Shown piece after piece: positions 1 to 6,034 of a DNA stretch of 11,766 nt. Source of the DNA: Candidatus Iainarchaeum sp. (GTDB lineage Archaea; Iainarchaeota; Iainarchaeia; Iainarchaeales; Iainarchaeaceae). How positions within the stretch are numbered: position 1 is the first letter of the stretch; each line of letters begins with the position of its first letter. The notes below the pieces were generated by a model, which saw only the letters and a list, made by a program, of their open reading frames with translations, searched no databases and was not told the DNA's origin. The stretch lies in assembly GCA_043812975.1 (NCBI GenBank), contig JBDRLP010000028.1, forward strand, positions 1-11,766. The letters run 5' to 3'. Made by a program: the position numbers and the translations under genes.

Positions 1-40
1 TCAAAAAATTTAAAGAAAAAAAACCAAATTAGATAATACA

Positions 41-60
41 AGCAAATAAGTACTACTTAG
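41..60 (+). repeat. Direct repeat copy 1 (agcaaataagtactacttag)
   Basis: 18/20 identical to 583-602; both copies are preceded by ccaaatta (24-31 and 573-580). Confidence 0.65.
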
Positions 61-74
61 AAGTTACTTTTTTA

Positions 75-293
75 ATGGGGAGAAAACACACGAATTCAAA
101 TAATCCGTGGCATAAAGGAGGAAAAAGAACAATGGCTGAAAAAGAAGGGATTCCGTATCCAAGAGCAGGGAGGCCTCAAGCTCCTTCAACAAAAAAACCT
201 CAAATAACTGAAATTAAAGTTCCTGCAAAAGCAAAACCAGAACCTCAGAAAAAAAGAAGTTTTTTGGATAGGGTTTTAGGAAGAAATAAATAA
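75..293 (+). CDS. Small basic, Pro/Lys-rich hypothetical protein (72 aa) with a possible C-terminal amphipathic helix
   Basis: ATG-TAA ORF with purine-rich coding-like composition. C-terminal KKRSFLDRVLG resembles a membrane-targeting helix. An alternative start exists at Met20. No family recognised. Confidence 0.6.
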   Translation: MGRKHTNSNNPWHKGGKRTMAEKEGIPYPRAGRPQAPSTKKPQITEIKVPAKAKPEPQKKRSFLDRVLGRNK

Positions 294-314
294 CAGGAAC
301 AAGTTCTATTTTAC

Positions 315-524
315 ATGGGAAGAAGAACTAGGAGAGAATTAAATCGCGCAAGGAATAGAGCACAAGTCCCTGCGGGTGGTTACTCACAAAGATTGACACG
401 TGTCAAACTAGCAGCAAGGGAATTATTTCGTAAAGGCGATATTACTGAACTTAATATTAAAGAAGCGGCCAAAAAACACGATGTTTCAAGAAAGGAATTA
501 CTGAAGTATTTAGAAGAACAGTGA
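315..524 (+). CDS. Small basic protein (69 aa) with a probable helix-turn-helix (TetR_N/Psq-like)
   Basis: Arg-rich N-terminus. LAARELFRKGDITELNIKEAAKKHDVSRKELLKY follows the three-helix HTH pattern (IxEAAxxxxVSRxxL), by eye. Confidence 0.6.
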   Translation: MGRRTRRELNRARNRAQVPAGGYSQRLTRVKLAARELFRKGDITELNIKEAAKKHDVSRKELLKYLEEQ

Positions 525-582
525 GTAATAGAATAAAAGCAACCAAATAAACATCAATTAACACCCCCTAACCCAAATTAAC

Positions 583-602
583 AGCAAATAAGTCCTACTG
601 AG
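583..602 (+). repeat. Direct repeat copy 2 (agcaaataagtcctactgag)
   Basis: 18/20 identical to 41-60. Confidence 0.65.
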
Positions 603-673
603 TCCCTCTAACAGGACGAGGTGGACACCCTACAGCCGCCGAAGGTGCCCTTTCAGGGTGCGGGTTTGCGGCT
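592..673 (+). other. GC-rich tandem stem-loop element of unknown function
   Basis: Stems gtcc(592-595)/ggac(623-626), gtcc(602-605)/ggac(614-617), agccgc(634-639)/gcggct(668-673) and gtgccct(645-651)/agggtgc(655-661). GC-rich patch in an AT-rich intergenic region. Confidence 0.5.
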
Positions 674-675
674 TA

Positions 676-690
676 AAATACCTTTATAAA
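676..690 (+). promoter_or_regulatory. Putative TATA box for psmB (and possibly aCPSF1)
   Basis: tttataaa at 683-690 preceded by an A-rich stretch, ~50 nt upstream of the ATG at 742; G-rich ggggaa at 731-736. Confidence 0.5.
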
Positions 691-741
691 AGTTTAGTAA
701 GGTGATTAGTTTAGGCTCAGAACTATTTTTGGGGAATTTTT

Positions 742-1377
742 ATGACTCAGGATATTAAGACAGGCACTACTACTGTAGGACTCATATTTAATGGCGGCGT
801 TGTTCTGGCTGCAGACCAAAGAGCCAGCATGGGGCACATTGCTTATGATGATGAAGCTGAAAAAATTTACAAAATAAATGACAAATTAGCAGTTACAAAC
901 GCAGGAAATGTAGGAGATAGTCTAGCAGTAATCAGGTTTTTGAAAAGCCACGCCAGAATATACGAACTTGAAAGAAACGAAACAATGACTGCAAGAGCAG
1001 CAACAACATTTCTCTCAAACATTTTAAACGGCAATAGATACGCACCTTATATTGTTCAGTTAGTGATTGGTGGTTTTAACTCAGAACCAGAATTATTTGA
1101 CCTTACTCCTTACGGCGGAATTCTCGAAAGAGATAAGTATGCTGTTTCTGGTTCAGGCACAGAACAAGCTTTGAACACTCTTGATCTTGGATACAAAAAA
1201 GACATGAGTGAAAAAGAAGGAATTGCTCTTGCAGTAAAGGCAATTGAATCAGGAAAAAGACGGGACCTTTACTCCGGAGGAGTCAGTGTAACAGTATTTG
1301 TTATTGACTCAAAAGGCGTAAGGCAACTTTCTAAGGAGCAAGCAGATAAAGTATCCAAAGAAGTTACAACCGCTTAA
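742..1377 (+). CDS. psmB: 20S proteasome subunit beta (Ntn-hydrolase, threonine protease)
   Basis: Short propeptide MTQDIKTG followed by catalytic TTTVG (Thr1 codon at 766); GVVLAADQRAS, KIYKI, AG.VGD, SGSG and RD.YSGG motifs; conserved archaeal adjacency to aCPSF1. Confidence 0.97.
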   Translation: MTQDIKTGTTTVGLIFNGGVVLAADQRASMGHIAYDDEAEKIYKINDKLAVTNAGNVGDSLAVIRFLKSHARIYELERNETMTARAATTFLSNILNGNRYAPYIVQLVIGGFNSEPELFDLTPYGGILERDKYAVSGSGTEQALNTLDLGYKKDMSEKEGIALAVKAIESGKRRDLYSGGVSVTVFVIDSKGVRQLSKEQADKVSKEVTTA

Positions 1378-1442
1378 ATGCTTTTAATATTAAATTACTG
1401 ATTAAAGAAAGTTTTTCTTAAATCAATTTTAGGGATTAAACA

Positions 1443-4400
1443 ATGGAAAACACAGACTATTTGAAAGAAATAAAAGACACAATAAATGCTATAGTTCCAA
1501 AAGAAGGAGAAATAACTTCAATTGACCTTGAAGGCCCGGAAGTAGCTATTTACACAAAAAAACCAAAAGTGTTTCACGAAAACGAAGATTACGTGAAAAA
1601 CATTGCGTTCCAGTTAAAGAAAAAGGTAAACATCAGAGCAGACAAATCTTTACTGGTTGATCAGAAAGAAGCACAAGAAACAATAATGAAAATTGTTCCT
1701 GAAGATGCTCAAATAACTGAAATTCAGTTCAGTGAACCTTTTAGCGAAGTTGTAATTGAATGTTTAAAACCAGGTTTGGTTATTGGGAAAGGCGGCCAGA
1801 CAAGTAAACAAATTATTCTTGAAACAGGATGGACGCCTAATATTCTTAGAGCTCCAACTCAGCCAAGCGATGTTCTAAAAGGAGTAAGACACCATCTGAA
1901 CAAATATGCTGCAGAAAGAAAAAAGATTTTACAGCAAACTGCCAACAAAATTTATTCTGAAAAATCAAGCCCAAGCTGGATCAGATTAACTCCATTAGGA
2001 GGTTTCAGACAGGTCGGAAGAAGTTGTATACTTTTAGAAACAAGAAAAACCAAAGTACTGTTAGATTGCGGAATCAATATAGCAGCACAGAGCAATGAAG
2101 ACGCTTTTCCTTATTTAGATGCAATCAGATTCCCAATTAACGAACTTGACGCTGTAATTTTAAGCCATGCGCACATGGATCATTGCTTGCCGCCGGAGAG
2201 TTTGGTTCTTACCAAAACGGGGTATAAAAAGATTGACGGAATTAAAGTAGGGGAAAAGGTAATTTCTATGGACTGGGAAAAAGGGAAACTTGTAAAAACA
2301 AAATGCACGCAAAAAACACACACTTCTGGGCATGAAAAAATCCTGAAAATAAAAACCCCTTACTCAAATATCGAATCATCCCCAAATCATCGGTTCTTTA
2401 CAGTAAAAAATCTGCAAATAAAGGAATTAGAGGCCTTAGAACTGAAAAAAGGAATGCTTGTTCCGTCAAACATTTTAAACAAAAAAACTGGGGGAAACGA
2501 CTTTTTCCTTGATACTGATGTGCCTTACGACAAAAGAAAAAAAGCCATTATAACTCTCCCAAAAAAACTGATTCCTGAATTAGCTGAATTCATTGGATAT
2601 TATCTTGGAGATGGCCACAGGTCTTCAAAAGTTTCCCTGAGGTTGACTGATTCGTGCATACAAATATTGGAGCATCACAAATATATAATTGAAAAACTTT
2701 TCAATTATAGCGGCATAATAAGACGCCATTCAGACAAGAGTAAAAATGCGTTTATCCTCGAAATAAACAACATAAAAATAATCAGATTCCTGGAAAAAAA
2801 CTTTCCTGAAATAGGATTCAAAACAAGAAGCATTGTTTGTCCGGAAAAAATAATGCAAGCAAAACAAAACATTCAGAGTGCTTTTCTTAGGGGATTTTTC
2901 GATGCAGAAGGCACAGTAGTAAAGTCAGTTAAGGCAAGTACTTCCAGTAAAAAAATGCAGAAAGACATACAGCATCTGCTTTCAGTCCATGGCATTCCAG
3001 TAAACATAAAGGAAGATGATACTGTCTCCATAGACACAAATTTTGGCATGAAAAAATTTTGTGAAAAAATAGGTTTCTCAATCAATTATAAAAGAGAAAA
3101 ATTAGAGAAAAAAATTTCAAAAACCAAAAACACATCCTTTGAAAAACAGGATTTAGTGCCGGTAACATCTCAGGATTTCAGAAAAATCCTTAAAGACGCA
3201 GGAATGTTGGGAAGAATCCACAAAAGCCCAAAACTGTCAGAAATATTGCCAATGGGGCTTTTGGATTTTTTTAGAAGAAAAAATGGTTACATAACAAGAA
3301 AAACAGCCAAAAAACTGCTAGAGTTGCTTCAAACAAGAATTGTTGAAATTGAAGCAATGCATGAAGAAAAAATGATTAACACCAGAAGACTTCTTAGTGT
3401 TGCCAGGACTGAAGTTATCAACTCTACTGGGCTTAAAATGCATCAGATTCAGAACTTGGAGGAAAAAAACAAGTTCACCAGTGAAATAATGATTGAATAC
3501 AGGCGGTTTTTGAAGGCAAAAAAGAGCACATTAATTGCAATCACCTCTGAAAATATAAAAAAACTACAATCACTTGTTTCAATGGAGACCACTTGGGAAA
3601 AGATTACAAAAATAATTGAAAAGCAAAATCCTTACCCTTACCTTGTCGATATAGAAACAGAAATGGGAAATTTTGTTGCAGGGAACATAATTGTACATAA
3701 CTCAGGATTTATACCATACTTATTCAAGTTAGGTTACAGAGGCCCTGTTTATTGTACAGCACCAACAAGAGATTTGACCGCGATTTTACATTTTGACTAC
3801 ATCGATATTAATGCTAAAGAAAACAAAGACGGACCTTATCAGGAAAGAGATGTTAAAGAAATGCTGAAATACTGTATTACAAGAGAATACAGAGAAGTTA
3901 CTGATATTGCTCCGGACATGAGATTAACATTCCATAATGCTTCACACATACTTGGAAGTGCTTCTGTTCACCTGCATATTGGCGAAGGAGCTCATAACCT
4001 TGTTTACAGTTCAGACATAAAATACGGTTTTACAAGGCTTTTCAATAACGTGGATAGTAACTATCCAAGGATTGAAACCTTAATAGTTGAAAGTACTTAT
4101 GGCGCAAGGGATGATATTCAGACTCAAAGAGAAGAGTCTGAAGCTCAATTTTTGAAAATAATTCAGGAAACAATAAGTCAAGGCGGCTCAATATTGATTC
4201 CAAGCTTTGCTGTTGGAAGAGCTCAGGAAGTACAACTTATTATTGAAAACTTTTATAGACGTGGTTTAATTGACCAGGATGTAAAAGTTTACATTGACGG
4301 AATGATTAAAGAAAGTTCAGCAATTCACACGGCTTATCCTGAGTACCTGAGAAATGCAGTACAAAAAAGAGTATTACAGAATGACAGTCCGTTTACTTCA

Positions 4401-4868
4401 GATATTTTCGAAGTTGCTCAACCGGATCAAAGAGATGAGATTGTGAAAAATGGAAAATCAATCATCATTGCTTCAAGTGGAATGCTTACAGGCGGAGCAA
4501 GTGTACAATATTTCTACAAAATGGCAGAAGACCCAATCAATACAATGATATTTGTTGGTTATCAGGGAGAAGGATCATTAGGAAGAAAAGTCCAATCAGG
4601 CTTGACAAGCATTCCGGTAACTATTGAAAATGGAAGAACAAAAAGACTGAATATTAATATGAGGCTTGAGAACCTGGATGGTTTTTCAGGACACTCAGAC
4701 AGAAAACAATTACAGGCTTATGTGAGAAATTTGAAGCCAAAGCCAAAAAGAATCCTAACTGATCACGGAGAAGCCTCAAAAACAATAGAACTTGCTAAAT
4801 ATTTCTCAAGCAAGTTTGGAATAAGTTCACAGAGCATTAGAAACTTAGACAGCGTAAGATTACGCTAA
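1443..4868 (+). CDS. fttA: Beta-CASP ribonuclease aCPSF1 / transcription termination factor FttA, intein-containing precursor (635 aa after splicing)
   Basis: N-terminal KH domains (GLVIGKGG); MBL motifs LGGFRQVGRS, LLDCG, SHAHMDH, HILGS; beta-CASP motifs AVGRAQE, SGML.GG, FSGHSD, HGE. 1141-506 = 635 aa, the usual size for the family. Confidence 0.96.
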   Translation: MENTDYLKEIKDTINAIVPKEGEITSIDLEGPEVAIYTKKPKVFHENEDYVKNIAFQLKKKVNIRADKSLLVDQKEAQETIMKIVPEDAQITEIQFSEPFSEVVIECLKPGLVIGKGGQTSKQIILETGWTPNILRAPTQPSDVLKGVRHHLNKYAAERKKILQQTANKIYSEKSSPSWIRLTPLGGFRQVGRSCILLETRKTKVLLDCGINIAAQSNEDAFPYLDAIRFPINELDAVILSHAHMDHCLPPESLVLTKTGYKKIDGIKVGEKVISMDWEKGKLVKTKCTQKTHTSGHEKILKIKTPYSNIESSPNHRFFTVKNLQIKELEALELKKGMLVPSNILNKKTGGNDFFLDTDVPYDKRKKAIITLPKKLIPELAEFIGYYLGDGHRSSKVSLRLTDSCIQILEHHKYIIEKLFNYSGIIRRHSDKSKNAFILEINNIKIIRFLEKNFPEIGFKTRSIVCPEKIMQAKQNIQSAFLRGFFDAEGTVVKSVKASTSSKKMQKDIQHLLSVHGIPVNIKEDDTVSIDTNFGMKKFCEKIGFSINYKREKLEKKISKTKNTSFEKQDLVPVTSQDFRKILKDAGMLGRIHKSPKLSEILPMGLLDFFRRKNGYITRKTAKKLLELLQTRIVEIEAMHEEKMINTRRLLSVARTEVINSTGLKMHQIQNLEEKNKFTSEIMIEYRRFLKAKKSTLIAITSENIKKLQSLVSMETTWEKITKIIEKQNPYPYLVDIETEMGNFVAGNIIVHNSGFIPYLFKLGYRGPVYCTAPTRDLTAILHFDYIDINAKENKDGPYQERDVKEMLKYCITREYREVTDIAPDMRLTFHNASHILGSASVHLHIGEGAHNLVYSSDIKYGFTRLFNNVDSNYPRIETLIVESTYGARDDIQTQREESEAQFLKIIQETISQGGSILIPSFAVGRAQEVQLIIENFYRRGLIDQDVKVYIDGMIKESSAIHTAYPEYLRNAVQKRVLQNDSPFTSDIFEVAQPDQRDEIVKNGKSIIIASSGMLTGGASVQYFYKMAEDPINTMIFVGYQGEGSLGRKVQSGLTSIPVTIENGRTKRLNINMRLENLDGFSGHSDRKQLQAYVRNLKPKPKRILTDHGEASKTIELAKYFSSKFGISSQSIRNLDSVRLR
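2184..3701 (+). mobile_element. Intein (506 aa) with a LAGLIDADG homing endonuclease inserted in aCPSF1
   Basis: Block A CLPPESLV, block B SPNH (2379-2390), LAGLIDADG motifs FIGYYLGDG (2589-2615) and FLRGFFDAEG (2883-2912), block F LVDIET..GNFVAG, block G IIVHN followed by Ser+1. Removal restores HAHMDH-SG. Confidence 0.96.
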
Positions 4869-4869
4869 A

Positions 4870-4894
4870 AATCTTTTTCTTTTTCTAAAAGATT
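4870..4894 (+). terminator. U-rich terminator region between convergent genes
   Basis: tctttttctttttct directly after the aCPSF1 stop; 8-bp inverted repeat aatctttt(4870-4877)/aaaagatt(4887-4894). Confidence 0.55.
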
Positions 4895-4897
4895 ATT

Positions 4898-5467
4898 TTA
4901 TTTACGTTTTTTCTTTTTTTCCTTTTCTAATCTGGCCCTTGCAGCAGCAGCTTTTTGTTTTCCTATTAGTTTAGTGGCTGCTCTCAGATTTATTGCCGCC
5001 CTGCCAAGGGCGTCAAAAATAGAACCCTTATTACGGTCAATCATAACACCCAAATCAGCCACTCTACTCATATTTACTGCCTGTAATTTAACCAGCTTAC
5101 TGGCTTCAGCGTCGCTCAAGCGATCTCCAAACCGCCTATTAATACTTGATGCAAGCCATTTAATTTCATGGCGAAGTTCAAGCTGTTCCCTGAGCAAGGC
5201 ATTAACATTTTCCAAAAGACTCATTTGGTAATAATTCTCAAGATATTCTCTTGGCGAACCTTTAGTTCCTAAAGATTCAATCTTATTCCACTTTTCATTT
5301 ATTTTATCCTCATCCCTGTTTAATCTGCTTTGAAGTACATCTCTCTTAGCAATAAGAGCTTTTTCCAATTCGGGAAACTGTTTATAGCCGTATTTTTTAT
5401 GAAAATTCAAATCAAGTTGTCTTAATAACTCTTTCAAACCCAGACGCTTACTGATTGGACTACTCAT
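4898..5467 (-). CDS. Basic, helical/coiled-coil hypothetical protein (~189 aa) with a poly-Lys tail
   Basis: Long ORF. ATG at 5467 is preferred over TTG at 5476, with an AT-rich TATA-like element (5494-5504) ~30 nt upstream. Ends EKEKKKKRK. No family recognised. Confidence 0.7.
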   Translation of the reverse strand: MSSPISKRLGLKELLRQLDLNFHKKYGYKQFPELEKALIAKRDVLQSRLNRDEDKINEKWNKIESLGTKGSPREYLENYYQMSLLENVNALLREQLELRHEIKWLASSINRRFGDRLSDAEASKLVKLQAVNMSRVADLGVMIDRNKGSIFDALGRAAINLRAATKLIGKQKAAAARARLEKEKKKKRK

Positions 5468-5765
5468 AGAAACCAAAAGAAATAAGCATGAACTTTAATA
5501 TTAACCAATACACAAATAATACTAATAAAATTTTAGAATAACTAAAAAATAATTAGAAACGGCATAATTGACGTTAAAAGAGAAATTCTGTACAACCCTG
5601 CACCTTATACATAACTCTAATTTTACTCCTATTTTATACATAAAAAAAAATTTGCAAAAAAACCTAATATACATAAGAACGGAGGCTAAATAGGGCTTCT
5701 TTTTTACTTTAAATTCATTAATTACAGTTATTTTGGAAATAAAGGCAGGAGAGAGCTTCTTTTTT

Positions 5766-5780
5766 CGAAAAGTATATATA
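5766..5780 (+). promoter_or_regulatory. Archaeal promoter (BRE cgaaaag + TATA tatatata)
   Basis: Purine-rich BRE directly before tatatata (5773-5780). The expected start near 5803 coincides with the first base of a long hairpin. Confidence 0.7.
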
Positions 5781-5802
5781 TTAGTTCGATCTTACTAAAT
5801 AC

Positions 5803-6006
5803 GTTCTAAACAGGATGATGATTATGGCGGTTTTATTTGGGAGTAGGCTCACAATCAATAATAGCTCTAGGACTGCTAAGCTCGTTAAATGTTTAGAACA
5901 GGGCGGTGAGAGGTTAAAGGACGAAGCAATTGGATTGAGAAAGCCCTGTCTCAAATCCTAGTAACATGTTTTGTTCACCCCTTCCCTAAAACTCCTCTCA
6001 CCCCCT
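5803..6006 (+). ncRNA. Candidate structured non-coding RNA (~205 nt, two long irregular hairpins), family unrecognised
   Basis: Nested stems 5803-5812/5890-5899, 5816-5821/5882-5887, 5825-5835/5868-5878 and 5905-5913/5994-6002, 5919-5928/5967-5976, 5932-5940/5949-5958. Nine G-U pairs favour the + strand. Promoter upstream and pyrimidine tract downstream. Confidence 0.65.
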
Positions 6007-6034
6007 TATATCACTTTCTTAGCACTAATTTTGA

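Noticed and set aside
393..406. Perfect 14-bp palindrome ttgacacgtgtcaa
   Set aside because: It lies inside an ORF, and roughly one palindrome of this length is expected by chance in 11.8 kb.
595..621. Hammerhead-ribozyme-like string ctactgagtcc…ggacgagg
   Set aside because: It resembles CUGAUGAGUCC…GGACGAAA, but both catalytic core elements deviate (ctac for ctga, gagg for gaaa) and I find no stems I/III with an NUH site.
621..689. 22-aa GTG-started ORF across the hairpins
   Set aside because: Very short, no homology, and overlaps the putative psmB TATA box.
2873..3085. 70-aa minus-strand ORF
   Set aside because: Antisense shadow of the intein endonuclease domain.
4974..5231. 85-aa plus-strand ORF
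   Set aside because: Antisense shadow within the longer minus-strand gene.
5815..5821. C-box motif ATGATGA suggesting a C/D box sRNA
   Set aside because: No CTGA D box at a suitable distance, and the motif is paired within hairpin 1.
5803..6006. SRP RNA, RNase P RNA, tRNA or retron msr-msd identity
   Set aside because: No SRP helix-8 motif, no GAGGAAAGUCC-type CR-I and no cloverleaf on either strand; no reverse transcriptase in the window.
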